The notes beneath the pieces were generated by a model. That model was not told the origin of the DNA. It was given only the letters and a program-made list of their open reading frames with translations, and did not search any database. A stretch of 64,000 nt of DNA from an uncultured candidate division Zixibacteria bacterium (GTDB lineage Bacteria > Zixibacteria > MSB-5A5 > RBG-16-43-9), in NCBI GenBank assembly GCA_963713865.1, contig OY970208.1, forward strand, positions 1,536,001-1,600,000, read 5' to 3'. Position numbers and translations under genes: made by a program. Below, one piece after another: positions 19,339-30,050 of the stretch. Position 1 is the first letter of the stretch. Every line of letters begins with the position of its first letter.

Positions 19339-21031
19339 ATGACATTTAACGATTTTCTGCAGATATTAATCTTTGTGCTAACTTTAATTCTGCTGACACC
19401 GGTTCTTGGTTCATATATGTCCAGGGTATTTTCGGGTGAGAGGGCATTTAAGCCAAAGTATTTCAGCTGGATAGAGAGAACAATCTATCGGGTGTGCGGA
19501 ATCAATGCAATGGTTGAGATGGATTGGAAGGAATATACCAGAGCATTATTACTTTTCAATTTTTTGGGATTTGCAGTGGTGTTCTTTCTCTTGCTGATTC
19601 AACCTTATTTGCCGGTGAAACCACCAAAGCAAGCTAACATCTCTCTTCCATTAGCCTTTAATATCGCGGTGAGCTTTATGACCAACACCAACTGGCAGTC
19701 TTATGCCGGAGAGACAACCCTGAGGTATTTAACACAAATGCTTGGGTTAGCTGTGCAAAATTTCTTGAGTGCTGCAACCGGGATGGCAGTGCTTCTGGCT
19801 TTGATTCGAGGGATTGCCCGGAAAACCTCGCGTTCGATCGGTAATTTCTGGACGGATATGGTCAAATCGGTAATTTACGTCCTGCTTCCTCTCTCTATTG
19901 TTCTATCATTGATTCTGGTCAGCCAGGGAGTGGTCCAAACATTTTCCTCCGGTGTAGAGGCGGTGAATCTCGAAGGCGCAAAACAGACCATACCGCTTGG
20001 GCCGGTAGCTTCTCAAATTGCTATAAAACAACTGGGAACCAATGGCGGTGGATTTTTTAATGCAAACAGCGCACATCCGTTTGAGAATCCTACGCCTTTG
20101 TCCAACTTTCTTGAGATGATTTCCATTCTTCTTATTCCAGCATCTCTCACCTATACTTACGGAACGATGGTAAAGTCAAAAAGACACGGCTGGGTCATCT
20201 TTGGAGTGATGCTGTTTGTGTGGATGGCCGGGCTGGGCATATCAGCACAGTCTGAATTTAGCAGAAATCTATCTCTGGGTAACATGGTAACATTCGAGGG
20301 TAAAGAGGTTCGTTTCGGGACTGTAAACTCCATCTTATGGTCAACTGCCACTACTGCCGCATCGAATGGATCGGTTAATGCTATGCATTCCAGCCTATCT
20401 CCCCTGGCGGGTGGTGTGGCAATGCTCAATATGATGCTTGGTGAGATCATATTTGGAGGGGTTGGAGTGGGGCTTTGCGGCATGCTTCTTTTTGTTCTGA
20501 TGACGGTATTTCTGGCTGGTCTGATGGGTGGCCGCACTCCGGAATATCTGGGAAAGAAGATCGAAGCTAAAGAGATCCAGATGGTTATTGTTGCCATTCT
20601 CGCACCCAGCGCAGTTATTCTCATTGGTGCAGGTTTTGCTTCGGTCCTGTCATCTGCGCTTTCAAGTTCTGGCTAACAAAGGACCTCATGGTTTGAGTGA
20701 GATACTCTATGCCTATTCCTCAGCTTCAGGTAACAACGGCAGCGCTTTTGCGGGTCTTAACGCCAATACTAACTTTTATAATATAACCCTGGGAATAGCT
20801 ATGTTGATCGGCCGTTTTGCGGTGATCATTCCCTGCCTGGTGATAGCCGGCAGTTTAGCGAAAAAAAGGATCCTGGCTTTTTCCTCCGGCACATTTGCCA
20901 CCGATACCCTGACATTTGCCATACTGCTGATCGCAGTGATATTGATTATTGGAGCATTAACATTTATGCCTGCATTATGTCTTGGTCCCATTATCGAGCA
21001 TATGACCATGCTGGCTGGAAGATTATTTTAG
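19339..21031 (+). CDS. kdpA: K+-transporting ATPase subunit A with one +1 frameshift at 20666-20672
   Basis: [45 protein letters not shown]. The corrected junction reads [20 protein letters not shown]...NNGSAFAG. Confidence 0.95.
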
Positions 21032-21038
21032 GAGAAGA

Positions 21039-23135
21039 ATGCCGCGTATCGAACGAAATCTGGTCTACAGAGGTCTTATCAGGACTGCCATCAAGGATGC
21101 TTTTAAAAAATTGCATCCCCGCTCCCAGCTTGGTAATCCGGTTATGTTCGTGGTATTAGTGGGGGCTGTATTGACGTCTCTGTTTTTCATAACAAAACTT
21201 ACAGGGGGATATTTCTCAGGATTTGAATTCCAGATCAGCCTCTGGCTCTGGTTCACGGTTTTATTTGCAAATTTTGCTGAGGCGATGGCTGAAGGTCGTG
21301 GTAAAGCCCAGGCAGAAAGCCTTAAAAAAGACCGCAAGCAGATAATGGCGCGAAAAATCGAAAACGGCAAGGAAATTGAAATACCGGCAACCAGCTTGAA
21401 AAAAGACGACTTAGTAGTATGTGAAGCCAATCAGATAATTCCTGCAGACGGTGAAGTTGTCGAAGGAATTGCAACGGTGGATGAATCGGCGGTTACCGGT
21501 GAGTCGGCTCCAGTCATAAGAGAAAGCGGAGGTGACAGGAGCGCGGTGACTGGCGGTACGAGAGTGATAAGCGATCGGATAGTTATAAAGATCACATCCG
21601 AACCCGGAAATACATTTATCGATAGAATAATTTCCTTGATCGAAGGTGCCAAACGGCAGAAGACTCCCAATGAAATCGCACTCGGGATTGTGTTGAGCGG
21701 ACTTACCATCATCTTCTTGCTGGCAGTTGCCACGTTAAAGTTTTTCGCTGACTATAGCAGTAATGCTGCCAATCAGGACCTTTCAAATTATGTCACGGTG
21801 CCGGTATTAATCGGCTTGCTGGTCTGCCTGATCCCGACGACTATCGGTGGATTAATCAGCGCTATAGGGATTGCGGGTATCGACAGGCTGGTTCGCAATA
21901 ACGTCATCTCTAAAAGCGGCCGCTCAGTTGAAGCAGCTGGCGATATCGACGTCCTTCTATTAGACAAAACCGGAACGATTACCCTTGGCAACAGAATGGC
22001 AACCGGTTTTATCCCCGCTCCTATGATTACAGTACAACATCTGGCTGAAGTATCCCAGCTTGCCTCATTGTCAGATGAGACTCCTGAGGGAAGGTCGATA
22101 GTGGTTCTGGCTAAAGACCAGTATAATCTGAGAGCGCAGACCCTTACCCCGCGCCAGGCGAGATTTATTAATTTTTCAGCACAAACCAGGATGAGCGGTG
22201 TAGAAATATTTGATATCGAAGGGAGCATGATCCTGAATATAAGGAAAGGGGCACTTGACGCCATCCGGAATTACGTGGAGAAACTGGGAGGTGATTTTCC
22301 TGAGGATTTAAGACAAAAGGCAGAAGAGATATCGAATACCGGTGGTACTCCCTTAGCGGTTACAGACGGCGCTTTAGTTCTGGGACTGATTCATCTCAAG
22401 GACGTCGTGAAAGGGGGGATTAAGGAGCGTTTTGCGGAGCTCAGGAAAATAGGAATCAGGACTGTGATGATTACCGGTGATAACCCGTTAACAGCCGCAG
22501 CCATCGCGGCTGAGGCAGGGGTAGATGATTTTGTCTCGCAGGCAACACCGGAAGTGAAGCTCGAAAGGATACGCCAGGAACAAAGCAATGGGCATCTTGT
22601 GGCGATGACTGGTGACGGCACTAATGATGCTCCCGCTCTTGCTCAGGCTGATGTAGGTGTGGCAATGAATACTGGGACCCAGGCAGCTCGTGAGGCAGGT
22701 AACATGGTTGATCTCGACAGCAATCCTACCAAGCTCATCCAGATCGTCGAGATCGGCAAGCAGCTCCTGATGACCAGAGGAGCGCTGACTACCTTCAGCA
22801 TTGCTAACGATGTTGCCAAATATTTTGCCATTTTACCGGCTATGTTTGGTACACTATATGCTTTAGCTGGTATGTCGAATGGACCCCTTGCCTCGCTCAA
22901 TATAATGAGACTTCATTCACCGCAGAGTGCAATCCTGAGTGCGGTGATATTCAACGCTTTGATAATAATATGTCTGATCCCATTGGCATTGCGTGGTGTG
23001 ACATTTAAAGCGGAAAAGGCTTCGACGATTTTGCACCGTAACCTTCTGATTTACGGTCTGGGAGGATTGATAGCGCCGTTTGCAGGGATCAAGTTAATCG
23101 ATATCCTGATAGTAGCGGTCAGATTGGCTACTTGA
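21039..23135 (+). CDS. kdpB: K+-transporting ATPase subunit B
   Basis: [36 protein letters not shown]. Confidence 0.98.
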   Translation: MPRIERNLVYRGLIRTAIKDAFKKLHPRSQLGNPVMFVVLVGAVLTSLFFITKLTGGYFSGFEFQISLWLWFTVLFANFAEAMAEGRGKAQAESLKKDRKQIMARKIENGKEIEIPATSLKKDDLVVCEANQIIPADGEVVEGIATVDESAVTGESAPVIRESGGDRSAVTGGTRVISDRIVIKITSEPGNTFIDRIISLIEGAKRQKTPNEIALGIVLSGLTIIFLLAVATLKFFADYSSNAANQDLSNYVTVPVLIGLLVCLIPTTIGGLISAIGIAGIDRLVRNNVISKSGRSVEAAGDIDVLLLDKTGTITLGNRMATGFIPAPMITVQHLAEVSQLASLSDETPEGRSIVVLAKDQYNLRAQTLTPRQARFINFSAQTRMSGVEIFDIEGSMILNIRKGALDAIRNYVEKLGGDFPEDLRQKAEEISNTGGTPLAVTDGALVLGLIHLKDVVKGGIKERFAELRKIGIRTVMITGDNPLTAAAIAAEAGVDDFVSQATPEVKLERIRQEQSNGHLVAMTGDGTNDAPALAQADVGVAMNTGTQAAREAGNMVDLDSNPTKLIQIVEIGKQLLMTRGALTTFSIANDVAKYFAILPAMFGTLYALAGMSNGPLASLNIMRLHSPQSAILSAVIFNALIIICLIPLALRGVTFKAEKASTILHRNLLIYGLGGLIAPFAGIKLIDILIVAVRLAT

Positions 23136-23148
23136 CCGGAGGATCACG

Positions 23149-23748
23149 TTGAAAAACTTCTTAATTGCATTAAAACTTATTGTGCTGATGACCCTCATTC
23201 TGGGGATACTCTATCCGATTGCCATCACTGGTATTACCCAGGCGATTTTCCCACACAGAGCTAGTGGCAGCATCTTGGTAAACAATGGTAAAGTGATTGG
23301 TTCAGTTCTGATTGGACAGAAATTCGAGAGTGACAGATATTTCTGGCCTCGTCCATCAGCCATTGATTATAATCCACTGCCCTCAGGCGGAAGCAATTTG
23401 GGTCCAACGAGCGCAGAGCTTCAGAAACAGATTGTGTCCCGCCGGACAATTCTTCTAAAAACTCATGGTTTAAATGAAAGAGCCATTATTCCTCTGGATC
23501 TGCTGTTTGCTTCTGGCAGTGGACTAGATCCACATATCAGTCCGGAAGCGGCAAGGTTTCAAATAAATCGTATTACTCGAACCAGAGGTTTTGACAAAAA
23601 TGGTGAAAATGAGCTTCATAAGTTGATCGATAAGTACATTGAGCCAAGAGATTTCGTAGTATTAGGTGAACCTCGTATAAATGTTCTAAAACTTAATGTT
23701 GCTCTGGACTCACTTGGAGCAAAGTTGGGAAAGGATAATGGAAAATAA
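23149..23748 (+). CDS. kdpC: K+-transporting ATPase subunit C
   Basis: IGQKF...YFWPRPSA...SGGSNLGP...ASGSGLDPHISP...GEPRINVLKLN.ALD. Confidence 0.97.
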   Translation: MKNFLIALKLIVLMTLILGILYPIAITGITQAIFPHRASGSILVNNGKVIGSVLIGQKFESDRYFWPRPSAIDYNPLPSGGSNLGPTSAELQKQIVSRRTILLKTHGLNERAIIPLDLLFASGSGLDPHISPEAARFQINRITRTRGFDKNGENELHKLIDKYIEPRDFVVLGEPRINVLKLNVALDSLGAKLGKDNGK

Positions 23749-25717
23749 ACCTGATCCGGATGCGATTTTAGCGGCAATACATAAACAGGAAAATATGGGC
23801 CTTGGAGGCCAGCTGCGCATATTTTTCGGCATGGCTGCGGGAGTTGGTAAGACCTACTCGATGCTTGAAGCAGCACACAAGCGGTTGGAGGAAGGGGCAG
23901 ACGTTGTAATCGGCATAGTGGAAACACATGGCCGTAAAGAGACCGATGCCCTGGTCGAAGGACTTCCGTTAATTCCGAGAAAAAAGGTTGAATATAGGGG
24001 GTCGATTTTCGAGGAGATGGATCTGGATGCCATCCTTACCCGTAAACCCGCCATCGTTCTGGTGGATGAACTCGCCCATACAAATATTCCAGGCTCCCGG
24101 CATCCCAAGAGATGGCAAGATGTTCTTGAAATACTCGATGCAGGAATTGGCGTTTATACTACTCTTAACGTCCAGCATTTAGAAAGCCGCAAGGAAAGTG
24201 TTGAAAGCATAACCGGAATCACCATCCGGGAAGCTGTCCCGGATTCTGTTCTGGATCGTGCTTCAAACATTGAGTTAGTTGACCTGACACCGGAGGACCT
24301 TCTTCAGCGTCTCAAAGAAGGTAAAGTCTATCTGGGTGAAAATGCACAACTTGCCTTAGAGCATTTCTTTAAAATAGGCAGGCTGACTGCTCTTCGAGAA
24401 ATTGCACTTCGATTCACTGCCGAAAAAGTTGACAGCGAATTGCAGTGGCGAACCTCTGCAGAAGACCAGTCTTCTCACTGGAAAGCGACAGAACGTTTTA
24501 TGGTAGCGGTAAGCCACAGCCCGACTTCCGAAGGATTAATTCGCGCCACAAGAAGGCTGGCTTTTGGCCTGGGTGCTCCCTGGATAGGAGTCAACGTCGA
24601 CACTGGAGAGATTTTGAACACTGAAGATCGGTCCAGACTTTCGAAAAGTTTATCTCTGGTCAGGGAACTTGGGGGAGAGGTGGTGACCACTGCTGATACT
24701 GATATCGCCTCCGCATTGATCCGGGTTGCTAATCAAAGAAAAGTTACTCAGATGGTTTTCGGCAGACCAGCCCGCCTATGGTTGAGGGATATATTTAGCG
24801 GTGGGACCTTATTGGATCGGCTCGTCAGGGAAAGCGGGGCTTATGACATCCTGGTATTGCGACCCGAAAAGAGCGAACAGACCAAAAGAACCAAAAGTCG
24901 CAGACAAGCCTTTGCGTCTGGACTTTCATCTTATTGGTACATACTGTGGGTCATAGCCACGTTAGCTTTAATTAATAGATTATTTCTTCCCTTCCTGGGT
25001 TACCGGGCAGTAGGTTTTGTTTTTTTGCTTGGTATCTTAATAATCAGCCTTTTTACATCGTTTGGACCGATATTATTCGCTGCAATTATCAGCGCATTGG
25101 TATGGAATCTTTTTTTTATACCACCGGTTGGCACTTTCGCCATAAAGGAGCCGGAAGATGTCTTAATGTGTGCAGTATTCCTGGTAGTAGCGATTATAAC
25201 CGGAGCTCTTACCCACGGAATTCGAAAAAGAGAAAAGATGCTCCGATTCCGTGAAAAGCATACAAAGACTCTGTATGATATTGTTGAAGTGCTGGTGTCA
25301 TCCAGCGATCTGGAGGGTTGTATAGATTCGGTTACTAAACGGCTGGCAACTATTTTCGATGGTGATTTTGTGATTTTGATAGGGGATTCCAATGGGCAAT
25401 TGGAGTTAAAATCCCGTTACCCTGGTATCGCCATTCTTAGCAAAGAAGAATTCGCAGTAGCAAAATACTGTTTCGATAATAGAAAGACAGCGGGTTGGTC
25501 AACTGATACTTTGCCATCAGCTGAATTTCTTTACATACCATTAGTGGGCTCCGCTGAAACAGTTGGTGTACTCGCTTACCATCCAAAGATAAAAAAGAAA
25601 CTTTTGCAGGAAGAAGAGAATTTGTTGATGGCTGTTGGCAAGCAGCTTGCCATTGCTATTGAAAGAGAGATCCTACGCCAGCGTTCTCTCGATGAAAAAC
25701 ATTTCAAGCATTCTTGA
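23738..25717 (+). CDS. kdpD: KdpD sensor protein lacking the C-terminal histidine kinase domains (truncated)
   Basis: GMAAGVGKTY, VDELAHTN..GSRHPKRWQD, Usp domain, 4-TM DUF4118 and GAF domain. It stops before the H-box, and no kdpE follows. Confidence 0.88.
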   Translation: MENKPDPDAILAAIHKQENMGLGGQLRIFFGMAAGVGKTYSMLEAAHKRLEEGADVVIGIVETHGRKETDALVEGLPLIPRKKVEYRGSIFEEMDLDAILTRKPAIVLVDELAHTNIPGSRHPKRWQDVLEILDAGIGVYTTLNVQHLESRKESVESITGITIREAVPDSVLDRASNIELVDLTPEDLLQRLKEGKVYLGENAQLALEHFFKIGRLTALREIALRFTAEKVDSELQWRTSAEDQSSHWKATERFMVAVSHSPTSEGLIRATRRLAFGLGAPWIGVNVDTGEILNTEDRSRLSKSLSLVRELGGEVVTTADTDIASALIRVANQRKVTQMVFGRPARLWLRDIFSGGTLLDRLVRESGAYDILVLRPEKSEQTKRTKSRRQAFASGLSSYWYILWVIATLALINRLFLPFLGYRAVGFVFLLGILIISLFTSFGPILFAAIISALVWNLFFIPPVGTFAIKEPEDVLMCAVFLVVAIITGALTHGIRKREKMLRFREKHTKTLYDIVEVLVSSSDLEGCIDSVTKRLATIFDGDFVILIGDSNGQLELKSRYPGIAILSKEEFAVAKYCFDNRKTAGWSTDTLPSAEFLYIPLVGSAETVGVLAYHPKIKKKLLQEEENLLMAVGKQLAIAIEREILRQRSLDEKHFKHS

Positions 25718-25793
25718 GCGGATATCTTCTCGTAATAATAAGAAGGACATTCATTTTCTCCCGACATAATAGTCGGGCATTACGAAGACCAAA

Positions 25794-26546
25794 TTAAAGC
25801 GGGGTAAAGAGGGGCGTGATGTCCTGTAAAAAATGAGCAGTGATGCAAGGCGTAAGGCTTTTTCTCCAGAGGAAGAGCAAAGAGAAAGCCACCCCATATA
25901 TTCCCGCAAATAACATTCCGACTAATCCCTGATAGAGATGTCCCAGGCTGAAAGATAAAGAGGTGATCAAAATTGTAAGCCACCAGCTTTTCAAATAGAA
26001 ATTCAGGCGGGTAAGGATAAATCCTCTGAAAGCGCTTTCCTCACTTAAACTGGCACTTGAAGCCATAATTACCCAGAGAATTTTCTGAGTTTGGGTGCGA
26101 GGTAAAAGATAGGATACCTCAGGAGGCGTAACAAGCTTATTGAGTTGTAGAATAAGACTCAAAGCTATAAAGAAAGAACTTATTGCTAACCAGAAGATAA
26201 CACCAATTATTAAATTGCTGAAGTTGAACTCTCTAAGTCCTATACTTGAAAGATTCTCTTTCTCTCTCAGAACGATCAGAAAGATTAGTAAAAATACCAA
26301 GAGTTGAATTAAAATAGTAGGGATATAGATTTGAGTAGTAACCTTTAACTCATTTTCACCTGCAGCAGATAACCCTGATACTTGTCTCGATTCGGACATA
26401 AGAAGATAAGAAGAAAGGGGCCATATAACCAGGAGAAAGAAAAGCAGAAAGATTGTTCCTATCCGGCCGTGCCGGTTTTCATCAGGTTTAGAGATTTTGC
26501 TCAGGTCATAATCTTTCTTTTGTCCGGGAGAGGGGATTTGCTCCAT
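25794..26546 (-). CDS. CPBP family intramembrane glutamic endopeptidase (CAAX protease/Abi)
   Basis: 'SEESAFRG', 'FSLGHLYQG', 'ITAHFLQD'. Confidence 0.9.
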   Translation of the reverse strand: MEQIPSPGQKKDYDLSKISKPDENRHGRIGTIFLLFFLLVIWPLSSYLLMSESRQVSGLSAAGENELKVTTQIYIPTILIQLLVFLLIFLIVLREKENLSSIGLREFNFSNLIIGVIFWLAISSFFIALSLILQLNKLVTPPEVSYLLPRTQTQKILWVIMASSASLSEESAFRGFILTRLNFYLKSWWLTILITSLSFSLGHLYQGLVGMLFAGIYGVAFSLLFLWRKSLTPCITAHFLQDITPLFTPL

Positions 26547-26810
26547 TTAGTCGTTCTTTGGCTCTTCTCTACGAGCCACAAAGCTTTCATCGGCAGGTTG
26601 AGAAGGAGTTTGAGTTGAGCCTTTTTCTTTTCCCCCTATTCCTAAAAGAAAAGCTAATCCCACTATTATCAGGATCAAAGGCCAGGTTTTGCCCAGTGAG
26701 GGAATAATACCCCAGTTGCTCAGAAGAAAAAGTATTCCCAAGCCTAAAAGGATTGTACCTACAAAGGTTTTGCCAGAACCCCATTCTTTGCTCGAAGAAG
26801 ATTTTTCCAT
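26547..26810 (-). CDS. Small membrane protein (DUF5668/LiaF-TM-like)
   Basis: AAGGAGTG SD and ATG at 26810; 'GTILLGLGILFLLSNWGII....WPLILIIVGL' signature. Confidence 0.8.
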   Translation of the reverse strand: MEKSSSSKEWGSGKTFVGTILLGLGILFLLSNWGIIPSLGKTWPLILIIVGLAFLLGIGGKEKGSTQTPSQPADESFVARREEPKND

Positions 26811-27075
26811 TTTCACTCCTTTTAGAAAAGATGATCTTAAAAACTTCAGTAATATAAAGCTCAAAAGCTAACTGAGCAACAGGTTTTTTAATCGGTAGGG
26901 ACGCACAGCTATGCGTCTCTACCTTTAATCGAGATGTTACTCAAATCAGGTAGGTCAATTAGCGACTTAAATGCGAAAGCGAAGCGAATAGGATGTGATT
27001 GCTTTTCAATCTGTCCTTTAAGATTTTTGGTACAAATTAAAAGTGACTTCAAAAAAGATTTGGAGAATTTTTATA

Positions 27076-27705
27076 ATGCGGAACAATTCTGAACATAAAG
27101 CAGATACAAACCTAACAGCTCGAAGAGATAAGCGAAGAAAAGACCATTTTGTAGACTACTATACCTGCTCTCTAGGATACGGCAGGAAAAAAAGAAAAAG
27201 GATTAGAAGCTTAAACTGGGTCAGCGGGAAAGAGGAGCCGGAGTTTGCTTTAAGGGGATCTGAGCTTATTCAGAAAAAAAAGGATGAAGAATCAGGTGTG
27301 GAATTAGAGGAAATTGTGGCTAAAGCCTTAGACAAGCTGGATAGTTTTGAAAGGGAGTTTATTCGATATTTTTATTACGATTGTTTGAGTTATAGCCAGA
27401 TTTCTCAACTCCTGGACAAAACCAAAGACCGCTTAGAAAGGATTCACCGCTCTGCCCTGGAAAAATTAAGATCCGGTTTGAAGGATTACGTCTCAAAACG
27501 TTACAAGCTCAAAATCTCCCAGGAAAAAAGGTGTTTGATCTGTTCTCATCCATTAAGAAATGAATTAGATGATCTGATAAGAACCAAAAAGAAAGAGGAG
27601 ACCTGGAAAAAGGTTTTGCGAATTTTCAGAGAGAAATTTAATCTGGAGATTAAAACCCCGCAGATATTGATCAATCATCAGAGAAAACATATGTTCGAGT
27701 TGTAA
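27076..27705 (+). CDS. Sigma-70 region-4-like HTH protein with a C-terminal CxxC...HxxxH domain
   Basis: 'ALDKLDSFEREFIRYFYYDCLSYSQISQLL...RIHRSALEKLR' followed by 'CLICSHPLR...ILINHQRKHM'. GGAGA SD before ATG 27076. Confidence 0.7.
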   Translation: MRNNSEHKADTNLTARRDKRRKDHFVDYYTCSLGYGRKKRKRIRSLNWVSGKEEPEFALRGSELIQKKKDEESGVELEEIVAKALDKLDSFEREFIRYFYYDCLSYSQISQLLDKTKDRLERIHRSALEKLRSGLKDYVSKRYKLKISQEKRCLICSHPLRNELDDLIRTKKKEETWKKVLRIFREKFNLEIKTPQILINHQRKHMFEL

Positions 27706-27796
27706 ATTTTAAAAATATTCATTTCTTTTCCCTGCCAGAGGCGGGGAAAATCCGCGAAAAGGATCAGCAGGAAAATAAAAACCAAAAGGAGAAGTT

Positions 27797-28087
27797 GTGG
27801 AAAACGTATCAACGAAGTTAGAAACCGGTAAAAAGATTACGACCTGTAAGGGAGAACACTGTATCAATATCTTCATCTCCTATGAGCTAAAAGAGAAGAT
27901 CAGCCAGTTAGCTAAAAGGTATGACCGGACTATGGCGGATGTGGTCAGGACCTTAATTAAAATCGGCATTCCCATACTGGAAAGCCTGACCGAGGCAGAG
28001 GAGAAAATGCTGGTAGATTATATCCAGGTCTTGAGGAGATGGAGAAAGGTAAGGGAACTGAAATCGAATGAGGAAAGGCTAACTTAA
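27797..28087 (+). CDS. Ribbon-helix-helix (CopG-like) protein
   Basis: 'INIFISYELKEKISQLAKRYDRTMADVVRTLI' fits the RHH pattern. AAAAGGAG SD. Confidence 0.7.
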   Translation: MENVSTKLETGKKITTCKGEHCINIFISYELKEKISQLAKRYDRTMADVVRTLIKIGIPILESLTEAEEKMLVDYIQVLRRWRKVRELKSNEERLT

Positions 28088-28111
28088 AATTATTTTTAAA
28101 CAGCAAAAATA

Positions 28112-28145
28112 AAAATCCGGGCTTAATTTTTGAGACCCGGATTTT
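28112..28145. terminator. Bidirectional terminator between convergent genes
   Basis: AAAATCCGGG...CCCGGATTTT hairpin flanked by A and T runs. Confidence 0.7.
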
Positions 28146-28164
28146 AAAGTAGCTTCAGGTCTTA

Positions 28165-30015
28165 CTAATAGTTGTTCGGATACTTATAGCAGATCAGCGG
28201 CTTGGGTCCACCTTTAAAAAGATAATTAATTAACCATACCACGTCTCCTATAGAGGGTTTCCCATCACAATTCGCATCTGCCATCTCCATAACTGGAACA
28301 GGCGCTGAACCACCTTGCATTAGATAAGCTATCAAATAAGTTACATCTGAGACAGTAATGGATTTGTCATTATTCACATCCCCACGACTGATAGCCAAAA
28401 GCGCCCTGAAAGCATTTAATCTATATATGTACTCTTGAGGACCTATTTTCTTAATAACTTCAGCTGAATTTTCAATTATTTCCTTCACCTGATAGCCATA
28501 TAAAAGAGTGGTCGGATAAAGACGCCACCATTGGGCTTTTATTAAAGCCGCAGTTGCCGCCACCTGAGGACAGGCCGCTGAAGTTCCGTTAAATATGGCT
28601 GTATAGTTCACATTCGCGGGTCCTGGGTAAGTAGGGTTGTAGCCTCTTTCTCCCATAAGATCCATCGTCCAGATACCCCCCATTTTTCCACTGGGTGCTA
28701 CAAGGTCTAAAGCTTCTCCCATATTACTGTAATCCCAGATTCCGTCCACGCTGTCAGAAGCACCTACCGCTATAACCGAATCCAAATAAGCTGGAAAATC
28801 CACACAATTCTTACCGCCGTTGCCAGATGCAAATACCACTACACCACCTTCAGGGTTAGACGGTTTTGGACGGACAAAGCGATTAATTGCCTGAGCTAAA
28901 ACATCATAGTATAAGTCGCAATCTCCATAGCCCCAGCTATTGCTTGCAATTCTTGCCCCGAGTGCAGAAGCCCAATCAAAGGCTTCAGCCAATTCCCAGG
29001 GCATTAATGGGCTAAAAATACAATTACTATCAGCAAAGATCTTGATTGGCACTATCTGGCAAAGGGGAGCTAAGCCGGATATGCCCAAGAGATTATTCTG
29101 AGTAGCAGAAATCAAACTGGCACAAGCCTCACCGTGTGCACACTCAGGGTAAGGTCCCGGTGTAGGGTCCCAATCTGGTATGGAGGGATAAACATCAGCA
29201 CCCACAAGATCATAACCTTGGGCTAAAGCACCTATATCTTCGTGCGCCTCAACCCCTACATCTATTACTGCAATTTTTAAATCTGGGTTACCTTTGCATA
29301 TCTCCCAGGCTAAAGAAGCATCGATATCCGCATCAACTTCTCCTCCACTCTGACCTGTGTTTTCGTAGTTCCATTGATACTGGTAAAAGGAATCATCAGG
29401 AATGTAGGAGTATATTACTATTTCTGCAAGAAAATCCGCATGGGAATACTCAGTGGATGTATCCTCATAGTACTGGTTGGCAGTTACCAGAGCATCCTTA
29501 TCAATAGCACCGGTAAGCTTCAAAAGAAAGAGATTAGGAACATCTGGGATGGAGTCAATTATTACAGCACTATGTTGAGCGTTCAAACTGTCAATATATG
29601 AGCGAGAAATCTCAGGATGAAATTGAGCTACAAACCGGTCAGTTACTATCATCTCTAAGGAATCTGGACTCAGATAAACCGGATTTGCCATCTCTACCTC
29701 TTCCCGCTCTCTCAGCCTCTGGATTAGAGCTTCAACATCACTGCCCGGCAGAACATACAGCACCATAAACTCTTCCCGTGTAGGTTCAGGCTCTCTATTA
29801 GGATCGAGGGCACTTTCAGACAAGATGAAATTATTGATATTCGAGGGAGTCACCCCAGGAATAAATCTAACAGTAACTTTTTCCCCGGAAAGCAAAAGCG
29901 GTCTTTGTATCCCGCCGCCATAGTAATAATAACTGCTCTGGGCAAAAGCAGAAGAGCATATAAAAATACCCACTATCAAACACCCTATTGTTAAGAAAAT
30001 TTTGAGCGAGAACAT
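28165..30015 (-). CDS. Secreted S8 (subtilase) peptidase with a C-terminal dockerin domain
   Basis: Signal peptide, catalytic triad motifs 'IAVIDVGV', 'HGEACASLI' and 'GTSAACP', and dockerin 'GDVNNDKSITVSDVTYLIAYL...DANCDGKPSIGDVVWLINYLFKGGP'. Confidence 0.9.
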   Translation of the reverse strand: MFSLKIFLTIGCLIVGIFICSSAFAQSSYYYYGGGIQRPLLLSGEKVTVRFIPGVTPSNINNFILSESALDPNREPEPTREEFMVLYVLPGSDVEALIQRLREREEVEMANPVYLSPDSLEMIVTDRFVAQFHPEISRSYIDSLNAQHSAVIIDSIPDVPNLFLLKLTGAIDKDALVTANQYYEDTSTEYSHADFLAEIVIYSYIPDDSFYQYQWNYENTGQSGGEVDADIDASLAWEICKGNPDLKIAVIDVGVEAHEDIGALAQGYDLVGADVYPSIPDWDPTPGPYPECAHGEACASLISATQNNLLGISGLAPLCQIVPIKIFADSNCIFSPLMPWELAEAFDWASALGARIASNSWGYGDCDLYYDVLAQAINRFVRPKPSNPEGGVVVFASGNGGKNCVDFPAYLDSVIAVGASDSVDGIWDYSNMGEALDLVAPSGKMGGIWTMDLMGERGYNPTYPGPANVNYTAIFNGTSAACPQVAATAALIKAQWWRLYPTTLLYGYQVKEIIENSAEVIKKIGPQEYIYRLNAFRALLAISRGDVNNDKSITVSDVTYLIAYLMQGGSAPVPVMEMADANCDGKPSIGDVVWLINYLFKGGPKPLICYKYPNNY

Positions 30016-30050
30016 CTTACACCTCCTTTAAAATGTTGAAGTTTTAGCTT

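Noticed and set aside
25700-25770. Frameshift rescue of kdpD
   Set aside because: Removing one base gives only HSERISSRNNKKDIHFLPT* with no kinase motifs.
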